The notes under the pieces were generated by a model. It was not told where the DNA came from, did no database searches, and saw only the letters and a list, made by a program, of their open reading frames with translations. A DNA stretch of 63,752 nt, the filler included, from Octopus bimaculoides (lineage: Eukaryota): assembly GCF_001194135.2 (NCBI RefSeq). It is 6 parts of 6 records of this genome, joined end to end, with 100 filler letters (N's around TTAATTAATTAA, not from the genome) between each part and the next. Parts side by side here need not be neighbours in the genome. Positions count along the whole stretch, not along the records: positions 1 to 30,144 come from NC_069000.1; positions 30,245 to 37,742 come from NC_068998.1; positions 37,843 to 47,791 come from NC_068993.1; 3 more parts are not named here. The stretch is one strand, 5' to 3'. The position numbers and the translations under genes are program-made. Shown one piece after another: positions 25,746-38,114 of this stretch. How positions within the stretch are numbered: position 1 is the stretch's first letter; the number at the start of each line of letters is the position of its first letter.

Positions 25746-26320
25746 TCTTTTAATCTTTTACTTGTTCCAGTCATTTCACTGCGGCCATGCCGGAGCACCG
25801 CCTTTAGTCGAACAAACAGTCGCAAGAATTCATTCTTTGTTAGCCAAGTACTTATTCTATCGGTTTCTTTCACCGAACCGCTGATTTACTGAGACGTAAA
25901 CACACTACCCTCGGTTGTCAAGTGATGTTGGTGGGGCTACAAACACACATACACACACACATACACACACACATACACACATGCATACACACATATATAT
26001 ATATATATTTATACGATGCGCTTCTTTTTGTTTCCTATTTCTTATTTCTTTATTGCCCACAAGGGGGCTAAACATAGAAAGGACAGACAAGGACAGACAA
26101 AGGGATTAAGTCGATCTTATCGACCCCAGTGCGTAACTGGTACTTAATTTATCGACCCCGAAAGGATGAAAAGCTAAGTCGACGCACTTTTTGTTTCCGT
26201 CTACCAAATCCACTCACAAGGTTTTTGTCGGTCCGAGGCTATAGTAGAAAACACTTGACCAAGGTGCCACGCAGTCGGACTGAACCCAGAACCATGTCGT
26301 AGAGAAGCAAGCCACTTACC
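25746..26320 (-). mobile_element. SINE family A interrupted by a family B insertion
   Basis: A tail 25746-25945, microsatellite, A mid/head split at gtttcc; head resumes at 26199-26320. Confidence 0.85.
26036..26186 (-). mobile_element. 5'-truncated SINE family B with a 12-bp target-site duplication
   Basis: ctttttgtttcc present at 26024-26035 and 26187-26198; internal ttatcgaccccagtgcgtaactggtacttaatttatcgaccccgaaaggatgaa. Confidence 0.85.
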
Positions 26321-27194
26321 ATGACAACATATAACATATGAGAGCAATGGAACACTTATGATTTTCAAGTCTTTAAATTGTTAATAGAAAACGCCATTGT
26401 ATACAATACATTTTATGTAACAGCTAAGCACAAATAAGAATGTATAACTTATCTCTATTTTATTATTTTTCAATGTATAATGAATAGATATTACTATTTT
26501 ATGGAAAACTACTTTATCTAATGTAATAATATCTATCTTCACATTGTTGCTTGCATGAAACAATTCGACTTCATTTAACGAGTTCTTTTTTGTTTCTGCA
26601 AACTTGAATATGTCGGAAAATTATTGAGTACATTAGTCATGGAGTAATAATGGAGGGCGACTATGTAGCTGTTAATAATAATTATGTTAATAATCTTATA
26701 AATACTAGAGAATAGTGAAACCATTATCAAATTTAATATTTTATATGAAGCTAATTATAGAAAAGTAATTAAATTTGATATATTATCGGTTAAAACGAGG
26801 TGTGAGTGGCAATCGTTCTCAACAAAATAACATCTCAGAATATTCTATGAAATGGTCGTCGATTTCTTTTTTTTTTTTTTCAGTTATCTATCTGCTTATT
26901 AATTCATTCACTTTTATATTTCAGGTGATGTTTGAACACAAACCAGTTGTAGTGAAATATAAATTTCATTAATTTATATATCTATTGAGGAAAAAAAATG
27001 ACGCATTATACATAATCAATGACACCCCACCGCGACTAATTTCATACTATCGATCTGAAGTAGCTATTAAATAACCTCACATAAACCATATAAAATGAAG
27101 ACCAAATACCACTTTCTTACAGATGTACACACTGGCATAAAGCTAATCTATCTATTTATCTGTCACTGTACACAAACACAGAGACCTACACACG

Positions 27195-27292
<98 letters not shown>

Positions 27293-27385
27293 CTTTTATT
27301 CATGTATTCTTTTGCTTGTTTCAGTCATTTGGCTGCGATTCCATCACTTGATTCCATCACCGGTCATCGGATAACACCGTCTACG

Positions 27386-27486
27386 TCTTCAGGGGAGAAC
27401 TTCGCATTTGAGGCGTTGACAGGATGGAGTTTAAAGATGGAGTTTAAACTCCATCCTCTCAACAACACAAAATTCTCCCCTGAAGA
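27386..27486. repeat. Fold-back inverted repeat
   Basis: 14-bp perfect outer arms (27386-27399 / 27473-27486) and 15-bp perfect inner arms (27421-27435 / 27443-27457), 7-nt loop. Confidence 0.9.
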
Positions 27487-28826
27487 TGGTGGCGGTATTA
27501 TCAGATGATAGAATCGGATTTCTATCATTATTCTGGACGACCAAGATCCCAGAAACAGCCGTTAGTCTCGTAATACTCAACTCCTTTAATTCCTGATATT
27601 ATTTATACTCTAAGTAAGTCGGACTAATTTATATGCATACAAATGTATAATTTTTGTATTAAATGTATTTAACAAATAATTAAATGTATTTAATATTCTG
27701 TATATATTGACATGCCTAACATGCTTACTCTTACGTTTACTCCTCTGCCCACTGCAGTTCAAATCTCTTGAGCACTACGAAGTGTACGCTGTGTAGAGAA
27801 AACTTATCTCTAATTTTATAAACTCTAATTTTATATACATATATATATATATTCCCTTCCCTGAGCGTCTGCTAACACTTTAAATGAACCACGTCCTCGC
27901 GTTGTTGTTTTTTTGTGTTTGTACTTCGATTGTTGGTGATTTACTATCTATCTATCTATACATATATATATATATATNNNNNNNNNNNNNNNNNNNNNNN
28001 NNNNNNNNNNNNNNNNNNNNNNNNNNNNNNNNNNNNNNNNNNNNNNNNNNNNNNNNNNNNNNNNNNNNNNNNNNNNNNNNNNNNNNNNNNNNNNNNNNNN
28101 NNNNNNNNNNNNNNNNNNNNNNNNNNNNNNNNNNNNNNNNNNNNNNNNNNNNNNNNNNNNNNNNNNNNNNNNNNNNNNNNNNNNNNNNNNNNNNNNNNNN
28201 NNNNNNNNNNNNNNNNNNNNNNNNNNNNNNNNNNNNNNNNNNNNNNNNNNNNNNNNNNNNNNNNNNNNNNNNNNNNNNNNNNNNNNNNNNNNNNNNNNNN
28301 NNNNNNNNNNNNNNNNNNNNNNNNNNNNNNNNNNNNNNNNNNNNNNNNNNNNNNNNNNNNNNNNNNNNNNNNNNNNNNNNNNNNNNNNNNNNNNNNNNNN
28401 NNNNNNNNNNNNNNNNNNNNNNNNNNNNNNNNNNNNNNNNNNNNNNNNNNNNNNNNNNNNNNNNNNNNNNNNNNNNNNNNNNNNNNNNNNNNNNNNNNNN
28501 NNNNNNNNNNNNNNNNNNNNNNNNNNNNNNNNNNNNNNNNNNNNNNNNNNNNNNNNNNNNNNNNNNNNNNNNNNNNNNNNNNNNNNNNNNNNNNNNNNNN
28601 NNNNNNNNNNNNNNNNNNNNNNNNNNNNNNNNNNNNNNNNNNNNNNNNNNNNNNNNNNNNNNNNNNNNNNNNNNNNNNNNNNNNNNNNNNNNNNNNNNNN
28701 NNNNNNNNNNNNNNNNNNNNNNNNNNNNNNNNNNNNNNNNNNNNNNNNNNNNNNNNNNNNNNNNNNNNNNNNNNNNNNNNNNNNNNNNNNNNNNNNNNNN
28801 NNNNNNNNNNNNNNNNNNNNNNNNNN

Positions 28827-28867
<41 letters not shown>

Positions 28868-29569
28868 TAGAGAGAAGAGATGAGTGCGTATACTTTATAT
28901 TCCATATTGATCACACATAATTCATGATATTTGACTTTCTCTGCACCGTGCCTCTCGTATTATGTGAGTATGTATATACGTATTTATATGTATGTGTGTG
29001 CGTATGTGTGTCTAAGTGTGTTCACGTGTACGTATAAACATATTTGTACTTACGCAAATATATGTATATACACAGGCATAAGCAATTACCTATTAACCAT
29101 TATAAACACAAACACACACGTATATATATACACACACACACACTCATACACACACACATACACACACATACACACACGCATACACACACACATACAACCG
29201 CTATACATCGTTACATTTATATACGCACGCACTTCACTTCTACAGTAAATATTCATATAATTATTTTCTCAGACCGAATTTATTCTTTTCAGTTTTTTCA
29301 TCTACAGAATCCCCACCACCCTAACCCCAGTTTCCCATAATACCTACTATACTCATATCAATCAAATACACCCCCGCCTACCCCCAACCCCCACCTCTCT
29401 ATATTTCTAGTTTTCTTCTCTATAACTTCTTATGATTTTGTAATTTTTCGCCATTTCCATGTAGGTCGTTCTATTCCACCTGCCATCTTTATGATATTTC
29501 TCCATTTTCTCCATCTATCTATAGACTTAAACATCGAAATATTTTTCCGTACCCACCTACCTACTCGCC

Positions 29570-29650
29570 GTACCTACCTACCTACCTACCTACCTACCTA
29601 CCTACCTACCTACCTACCTACCTACCGACCGACCGACCGACCGAGCGACT
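29570..29650. repeat. (TACC)n grading into (GACC)n tetranucleotide repeat
   Basis: Direct reading. Confidence 0.9.
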
Positions 29651-29817
29651 TAGCTACCTATTAGTAGAAATCAATAAATCCATATTGTAAATCCATCTAT
29701 CTCTTTATCTATCTAGTTTCTAAATTAATATAGGAATCTACAGGCATTAATCTATTTATTTTTCCCCTTTGCCACTCGTGTTTCCTGATATATACGTGAG
29801 CATGCATGCACACAAGC

Positions 29818-29850
<33 letters not shown>

Positions 29851-30086
29851 TATGCACGCATATGCACAAATATGTAAATACATATATCTACACATATATA
29901 GAGAGAATTTGCTAAATGGATAGGTGGATAGATAGATTAACAGATAGAAGTCCACACAAACACATACACATACACATGCACTCATGTACACACATATATA
30001 TATACATATATATACATATATAAGTTATATATATTTTCTATACATATATATACGTAGATATATATGTGTGTATAAAAATCCAAAGG

Positions 30087-30135
<49 letters not shown>

Positions 30136-30188
30136 GTATATATANNNNNNNNNNNNNNNNNNNNNNNNNNNNNNNNNNNNNNNNNNNN

Positions 30189-30200
30189 TTAATTAATTAA
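30189..30200. other. Artificial scaffolding spacer TTAATTAATTAA within an N-gap (also 37787, 47836, 54197, 62282)
   Basis: Identical 12-mer centred in a ~100-base N run five times; it supplies stop codons in all six frames. Confidence 0.9.
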
Positions 30201-30288
30201 NNNNNNNNNNNNNNNNNNNNNNNNNNNNNNNNNNNNNNNNNNNNTATATATATATATATGCATGTATATAGTATGTATGTATATGTAT

Positions 30289-30328
<40 letters not shown>

Positions 30329-30394
30329 TCACATGCACACACGCACCTGCACGCACACACACACACATATATATACATATATATATATACACTT

Positions 30395-30432
<38 letters not shown>

Positions 30433-30729
30433 CCTCAGGATAAATATCAGCGTGTTTTAAATTTTATTTGTTTCAATGTGATGCTCATTAAAAATTCATC
30501 AATGTAATAAAATTACCAAGTTTTCAGTTACTTCTCCTGTTTTTTTTACTACCGTTGTTATTATTGTTTATATTATTATTATTATTGTTGATGTTGAGGT
30601 TGCCTATTATTGTTATTTATAGTCTTTGCTGTTTTCAGCAGTACAGGTATATGACAATACATTTCATAACACGCTACTTTGTATTGAGATGATAATATTT
30701 TAAGAATGCTAATATTAATCATAATCATC

Positions 30730-30793
<64 letters not shown>

Positions 30794-31711
30794 NNNNNNN
30801 NNNNNNNNNNNNNNNNNNNNNNNNNNNNNNNNNNNNNNTTTTTTTTTTTTTTTTTTTTTTCATTGTTCCAGAAAACAGGAAGAATGTCAAGTTGAGTTTT
30901 GGTTAAGTGTAAAACAAAACGGGTTGTATGAGAAATTTCTGGAATATTTCTCACAATGAAGCTGGAAGTAGAAAAACCAATCGTAGGTGAAAGGAGTGAA
31001 AGAATGACTCAATATCTTTTCCATTTCATCTATACAGTCCCCACTTCCACTCCATTGCACATTCACCCCCGCCAAATAAATAAATAAAAATAAGAAAACA
31101 ACAATCTAAAACGATGAATTAAGCTTGAAGATAGCCAAACCAAAATTTTATATTCTTTTCTNNNNNNNNNNNNNNNNNNNNNNNNNNNNNNNNNNNNNNN
31201 NNNNNNNNNNNNNNNNNNNNNNNNNNNNNNNNNNNNNNNNNNNNNNNNNNNNNNNNNNNNNNNNNNNNNNNNNNNNNNNNNNNNNNNNNNNNNNNNNNNN
31301 NNNNNNNNNNNNNNNNNNNNNNNNNNNNNNNNNNNNNNNNNNNNNNNNNNNNNNNNNNNNNNNNNNNNNNNNNNNNNNNNNNNNNNNNNNNNNNNNNNNN
31401 NNNNNNNNNNNNNNNNNNNNNNNNNNNNNNNNNNNNNNNNNNNNNNNNNNNNNNNNNNNNNNNNNNNNNNNNNNNNNNNNNNNNNNNNNNNNNNNNNNNN
31501 NNNNNNNNNNNNNNNNNNNNNNNNNNNNNNNNNNNNNNNNNNNNNNNNNNNNNNNNNNNNNNNNNNNNNNNNNNNNNNNNNNNNNNNNNNNNNNNNNNNN
31601 NNNNNNNNNNNNNNNNNNNNNNNNNNNNNNNNNNNNNNNNNNNNNNNNNNNNNNNNNNNNNNNNNNNNNNNNNNNNNNNNNNNNNNNNNNNNNNNNNNNA
31701 CTATATACTTT

Positions 31712-31929
31712 TTTTTTTCCTACTCTAGGCACAAGGCCTGAAATTTTGGGAGAGGGAGCCAGTCGATTAGATCGACCCCAGTACGCAACTGGTACTTAGT
31801 TTAGCGACCCCGAAAGGATGAAAGGCAATGTCGACCTCGGTGGAATTTGAGCTCAGAACATAAAAGACAGACGAAATACCGCCAAGCATTTCGCCAGGTG
31901 CGCTAACGTTTCTGCCAGCTCACCGCCTT
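31712..31929 (-). mobile_element. Full-length SINE family B
   Basis: ctactctaggcacaaggcctgaaattttggg...cgaccccgaaaggatgaaaggcaatgtcgacctcggtggaatttgagctcagaac...ctaacgtttctgccagctcaccgcctt. Confidence 0.9.
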
Positions 31930-32145
31930 ACCAAAATTATATACTAACGAGAAAAATCTCTCGTACTGTTTCATGCACTTTAGAATATTTGTGTTAAAAT
32001 TAAATGCATAAAACGTATTGATGGACATTTAAATTACTATATATGTGTGTGTGTGTGTGAGTGCGTATGTGTGCACGCGCGCACGTGTGTATGTGTGTGG
32101 AGAGAAAGAGAGAGAGAGAATATAAAGTTTAAAAAATAGTTATGT

Positions 32146-32520
32146 AGGCGCAGCAGTGTCGTAAGAAGCTTGCTTTCCAGCCACATGGTTTCGGGTTCAG
32201 TCCCATTGCGTGGTACCTTGGGAAAGTGTCTTCTACTATAGCTTCGGGCCGACCAAAGTCTTGTGAGTGGATTTGGTAGACCGAAAGTGAAAAACGCCCG
32301 TCGTATGTGTGTGTGTGTAAGTGTGTGTGTGCGCGCGTGTGTGCGTGTGTGTGTGTCCGTGCATGTGTATTTACGTCCCTGTAATGTAGCAGTTCGGCAA
32401 GAGAGATCGATAGAATAAGTACCAAGCTTAAAAAACTAACTCCTGGGGCCAATTCATTCAACTAAAAAAATTCTCCAAGGCGGTGCCCCAGCATGGTCGC
32501 ATTCTAATGACTAATACAAT
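32146..32520 (+). mobile_element. Full-length SINE family A
   Basis: Head with ggttcagtccc, internal (TG)n, tail ...aaggcggtgccccagcatggtcgcattctaatgact. Confidence 0.85.
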
Positions 32521-32623
32521 AACTCATACGTATATTGTATGTATGTATGTATGTTTACATATGTATAGACATATATATGTGTGTGTGTGTGTGTGTTTGT
32601 ACGTATATGTACATGCGTGTGAG

Positions 32624-32670
<47 letters not shown>

Positions 32671-32983
32671 NNNNNNNNNNNNNNNNNNNNNNNNNNNNNN
32701 NNNNNNNNNNNNNNNNNNNNNNNNNNNNNNNNNNNNNNNNNNNNNNNNNNNNNNNNNNNNNNNNNNNNNNNNNNNNNNNNNNNNNNNNNNNNNNNNNNNN
32801 NNNNNNNNNNNNNNNNNNNNNNNNNNNNNNNNNNNNNNNNNNNNNNNNNNNNNNNNNNNNNNNNNNNNNNNNNNNNNNNNNNNNNNNNNNNNNNNNNNNN
32901 NNNNNNNNNNNNNNNNNNNNNNNNNNNNNNNNNNNNNNNNNNNNNNNNNNNNNNNNNNNNNNNNNNNNNNNNNNNNNNNNNNN

Positions 32984-33014
<31 letters not shown>

Positions 33015-33789
33015 ACATGTGCTTATATATATGTATATCTTATTAATTTCCCCGTACGGCTGATATTCGCTTGCCACTAGTGATTGTATTTTGATAATAC
33101 TATCACTCTCATATTTACTTATATATATATATATATATTTCTCACATACACACAGTCACATACGACACACGCATACATATACTCTTCCAGAACGCATACA
33201 TAGAAAAACGACACTGCTACGTACATGTAAAGAGAAATATGAATCCAAGCATACTTTCTCACATCAGCATGCTCGGACAAATGTAAATGCAAGTGAATTC
33301 ATGAATATATGGAGGATAACACTTAACTAGAATTGTCAATTTGTTTTTATTACTTGGTGAGAAACAACTAATGGCAATAAAAAAATAATCTCTGTAAACA
33401 GAATAGCTTTAATCTACTTAAAGACATGCAAAGGATTAGCTGGACTGAAACAAATGTCTTATAAAATAAACTACGAGTCTGCTCTTTTCAAACAAAACTA
33501 ATACGGATGCAGTCCAAGTTGAGGAGTAGATCTCAGGAGTTAACCGGTAAAAGAACTGTATGCGATCTTAAGATTCAGCATGCAGTATGCTCAACGTTTC
33601 TATTAGGGTTAATACACTGTGCAATAAAATCTTTATTTTACACACATACGCACGCACGCACGCACGCACATACACACACACACAGATACACACACACACA
33701 CACACACATATATATATTAGGCAAAATGAGATAACAAAGCCAAGGCTGTGAGGAGTTTTCAGGACATTTATAAGGAAAAATATATAGAT

Positions 33790-33842
33790 ATAGTCTTACA
33801 GCTGTTTCTGGGATATTATGTATATCCCTTCATCAGAGTCGA
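33790..33842 (-). ncRNA. Type I minimal hammerhead-ribozyme-like motif (PLE-associated type)
   Basis: Minus strand: gact CTGATGA a GGGATAT acata ATATCCC a GAAAC agct GTA agact. Intact core boxes, perfect 7-bp stem II, palindromic ACAGCTGT stem III and GUA cleavage triplet; stem I has one mismatch. Confidence 0.6.
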
Positions 33843-34244
33843 TGTGAGATGGTTAAATAGAGGTAAATATTTGAGTTCGAAATAAAGAATTATTATGGAA
33901 AAGGAGGAGATAGGGAATATAGAGGGAAATAAGAGAATGAAAGTAGAAATAGAATATAAGATATATCATGATATTGTAGTTGCAGTTCCATTATTCGAGG
34001 CAAGTGGTATATAGAAGTGGTAAAAAAGTTTCCTGAACATGGTATGTATGCAATAATAGTAGATCATGTTTAATCATTTCAAAGTATAGAGCCGTGGATT
34101 ATCTAGAAATCAAAGGAAATAACTGCTATTCCCTTCAAACTTTGCTTTTGTGACGTGAACATCTATGTCTTGAAACTAACTTATTTTTCATTACATTTCA
34201 GACAGATTTAGCGTTGACTCACTGAACCAGAAATATCGTCATTG

Positions 34245-34410
34245 CAAATATTCTGTTCAATACCACAGATTTGCTTGTCAGTTACTTAACCATAACCACT
34301 TGATCATGTCCCTTAGTGGCTGACAATATGTGCATCTCTGATCATGAGCAGGAGTAGTGGGGGAGCATCGTAGCTATGCGTCAAGAGGGATTGTTTGGCA
34401 TTCGAATAAA
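34245..34410. mobile_element. Dispersed repeat fragment (unclassified SINE-like family)
   Basis: ttctgttcaataccacagatttgcttgtcag...catgtcccttagtggctgacaatatgtgcatctctgatcatgagcaggagtagtgggggagcatc; recognised as a common interspersed repeat; a weak similarity (gatcacgagca) occurs near 13225. Confidence 0.45.
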
Positions 34411-34559
34411 TGTAAATAAAGCAACATTTGAAATATTAACCATTTTTTCATACTTTCTAGGACTAAGCAAATAAGAAATAGCAGTTGTTGTGTATATGTA
34501 CATGAAAATATATATATATATGTGCTCCAGCATGACCACAGCCACTTGGCTGAAACCTA

Positions 34560-34594
<35 letters not shown>

Positions 34595-34785
34595 CATAAT
34601 AATCAGAATTTTTCGCATCGCTGGAATTCTGTATTATTTAACAGCACATATGCAGAAAGTAGATCAGGTAAAGTATCACATCAATACCCTCTAGTACTTG
34701 ACTGAAATCGGATAACATAATTCAACCAATGAAATCACTTCCCATCCCACTTTCCAGTAACTTCGCTTTCACTCACAGAAACGTA

Positions 34786-35708
34786 CGAGGTGCGTTCAAA
34801 AGGTATCCGATTATTTTTCCCACTAAAGTTAATGCCGCGACGGCAAAATCCTTTGGGTGAGATGTGGCGGCATCTTTCCTGCGCATGTGTGAAAATTTTC
34901 GTGTCGGTAGGCCACGTCAGTTTCCGGTTGTTACGCTTAGAGTACAGGTGCGTAGTGTGCGCTCGTCAGATTTTCGTTTTCACGCAAAGTGACCGAACGC
35001 ATCGAGTAGAGATCATAAACCCATCTTTCATCACCAGTGATGATGGCCTTCATGAACTTTGGGTCGTGGTTTATACAGTCCAGCATGTCCTGAGCGATTT
35101 CCATGTGGAGTTTCTTCTGCTGTTCCGCTAGCATCTTCGGGACGAATTTTTGCCAACACTCTGCTCATGCACAAATCCTCCATTAAAATGGAATGCACAG
35201 ATCATGTGCTTATTCCAACTTCATGAGCAATTTCCTGGATTGTTACACGACGGTCTTCCATAACTATTCGCCGAACCATCTCAATCGCCTCCTCGTTTCG
35301 GCTTGTGGATAGCCTGCCTGAGTGTACTTCGCTCTCCAGTGAAGCGCGGTTTGAAGCAGTTGCATCACTTCTTGATCTGAGTCTTATCCATGGCATCATC
35401 GCTAAAAGCCTGCTGAATCTTCTGGATGGTCTAAGCTTGAGTATCACTAAGCTTTTGACAAAACTTGATGCAATATCTCCGCTCGATGTGTTCAGTCATC
35501 TAGCGTGGAAACGAAAATCGGACGAGTGCGCACTACACGTCTGTACACTAGGCGTAACGCCCTAGAACAGCTACGGCCTACCGGCACGAAAATTTTCATG
35601 CATACGCAGGCAGGGTGGAGTCACCTCTCACCCTAAGGATTTTGCTCTCGCGGTATTAGTTTTGGCGGGGAAAAATAATAAAATCGGCTACTTTTTGAAC
35701 GCTCCACG
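34786..35708 (-). mobile_element. Non-autonomous mariner composed of two inverted 5' ends
   Basis: TA at both ends; imperfect ~230-bp inverted arms (34786-35013 / 35475-35708). Minus-strand transposase N-half MTEHIERRYCIKFCQKL...GRLSTSRNEEAIEMVRRIVMEDRRVTIQEIAHEVGIS...QDMLDCINHDPKFMKAIITGDERWVY, then an abrupt switch to the inverted 5' end. Confidence 0.9.
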
Positions 35709-36123
35709 TATGCATATGCATACACTCTGTCACACACACTTTTGCAAAGAAATCAAATCAACCACAAAAATCTGCCTTAAAAATCCCACCCTATCATCTT
35801 AAAAAAGAAGAGGAAGGACACATTTGGCAATATATTCAAAATGACGGGTTAACTACAGTGACATAACGAGAGTACCACCTGGAGCAACCCTTAAGTTTGC
35901 TGCGCCCGCCCTCAATTATACGGGTTTATACAGCAAAGCAAAAGTTGCTGCCTCCATAAAACTTTGCCCAAGATAGACCATCCCAAGGGTTGGTCCCCTT
36001 ACCTACGGTTCTGGTTAACCACGGCTGCAAAGTCTCCTCAATCATGATCCGCCTGTGACCGACCAACAATAACAACATTCATTGTGTCGTACACATAAAT
36101 CAATGGTTAGTCCGCGATACTCC

Positions 36124-36348
36124 TTAAGAAGCATAGGGCCGGTTTCCTGATTTCTCTGGTGCATATATTCCTTCCAAGACGGGATGCCGGTCTGTCACAG
36201 GATAACTCGTTTTACTAGCTGAGTGGACAGGAGCAACGTAAAATGTAGTATTTTGCTCAAGAACATAACACATCACCCCGTCCAGGAATCGAAACCACAA
36301 CGTTTCGATCATGAGTCCAACACTCTAACTACTAAGCCATGCGCCTTC
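36124..36348 (-). mobile_element. tRNA-derived SINE family C
   Basis: Minus head gaaggcgcatggcttagtagttagagtgttggactcatgatcg...ggtttcgattcctgga (A and B boxes), then tgttcttgagcaaaatactacattttacgttgctcctgtccactcagct. Confidence 0.8.
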
Positions 36349-36468
36349 GTATACATAAATCAATACGTAACATGTGCATAAATCAATTAAAGTTACGCAT
36401 AAATCAATGCGTAACAATAATTGATTTATGCACAAGCGCAGAAATCAAATCTATGTATACACTGGATA

Positions 36469-36469
<1 letters not shown>

Positions 36470-36502
<33 letters not shown>

Positions 36503-36542
36503 TCTTCTTCTTCTTCTTGTTCTTTTTCTTCTTCTTCTTCTT

Positions 36543-36612
<70 letters not shown>

Positions 36613-36625
36613 ACTTTCTCTCTCT
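36470..36625. repeat. (CT)n/(CTT)n microsatellite
   Basis: Direct reading. Confidence 0.95.
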
Positions 36626-37384
36626 CACGCACGCACACGCACACACACAGAACCAACGCGAGTTTCTCTCTACGCTACTCAACTTGGTGGGAAAATTCAA
36701 AGTGATGCTGACGAACTAACTAGCTCTAGCTAGGCTTATGAATATCAAGAATTTCGAAGCTTAGTGATGTCTGCTTGCAACGATTCAGAAATAGTTAATA
36801 AAATTTCCTATGATAAAGCAGGCGGCGTACCAACCGATGACATCGAAGCATTTAAGTTAAATGACGCAATTACATATGACTTACGACTTAAGTCCTTCAA
36901 TCCCTATGAAGCAGGCCAATTACCACTTTTCTTCACTATTTACTCAGAACAGACTCTGTACTGTCTTTTCTGCTTCTCTCCAGTTGGATCTCTGCTTTTT
37001 TTATTTCTGCCGCAGTATTCCTCCACCTGGTATTTTAGGATGTCCTCTCTTCCCTTGTTGGTTTTTTAATGGTCGTCGATGCTTCTGTAAATTTGGTTCT
37101 TTTCTAGATAGAGGAGTTGGTCATACGCAAACCCATGGTCCATATTAATCTGGTCTCTGTCCCTAACCTGCCCAGCATGTGAGGTCCTACAATAAGCATG
37201 TGATGTGCTGGCCTAGCTCGCGGAGTCACTGAGGCACACAAGCTACCTCGGCGTCAAAGACAAGACCTTTGTGATGGAATTAAATGCGAAGAAGCTCTAA
37301 GTTTCCCAAGTGCATGATGGGATGTAATTGCGTTGTATACTTAAGGTTTGAAAAATGAACCTTTGTTGGTATAATCCCTTGCAG

Positions 37385-37442
37385 ACTTGTTGTTTTAGTA
37401 GATTACTACTATCTGTAGTAGTAATCTACTAAAACAACAAGT
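37385..37442. repeat. Perfect 27-bp palindrome with 4-nt loop
   Basis: acttgttgttttagtagattactacta-tctg-tagtagtaatctactaaaacaacaagt. Confidence 0.95.
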
Positions 37443-38114
37443 TGGAATTACCATGTTTTCAGTACTCAAGGAAAGGACCACGTGCGCATGCAAGAAATAA
37501 CAGTAAACTATGAATGTCATTCTTAATTTTAATTTCAATTTTATTTTATTAATAGCCCTTTTCTCTTCTCACATATTTTATATTCATTTCTGATAAAGTT
37601 TTTCAAAAAAGCCGAAACATGTAAATTAATTAAAACACCCAAAAAATGTTTTAAAAAAGTGGCATTTTCATTTTTATTCATTTTCAGTATCTACTTACTC
37701 GTGTAGTACTTTTACAAATCTTTTCAAATATATATATATATANNNNNNNNNNNNNNNNNNNNNNNNNNNNNNNNNNNNNNNNNNNNTTAATTAATTAANN
37801 NNNNNNNNNNNNNNNNNNNNNNNNNNNNNNNNNNNNNNNNNNTAAGAATTTATCAGGTAGTTAGCGTGAAAAAACCTCATAAGGAAAAAAAAATCATCAT
37901 TTTTTCCATAAATATATATAATTTAATTTAGGCATTATTGTATAGTAATGCCCTTATATAAATTAAATTATATATATATCAGCCTCTTTCTTCCGGCCAT
38001 TTCTTCATGTTGAACCGTTAAGTCCTACACAGTTTTTGCTCTCTCCCATTTTTTTTTCTTTTCGTTCTCTCTCTGCTTTTTTTCTTTTTTTTTGTTTTTC
38101 TTTTGTTTTTCTCA

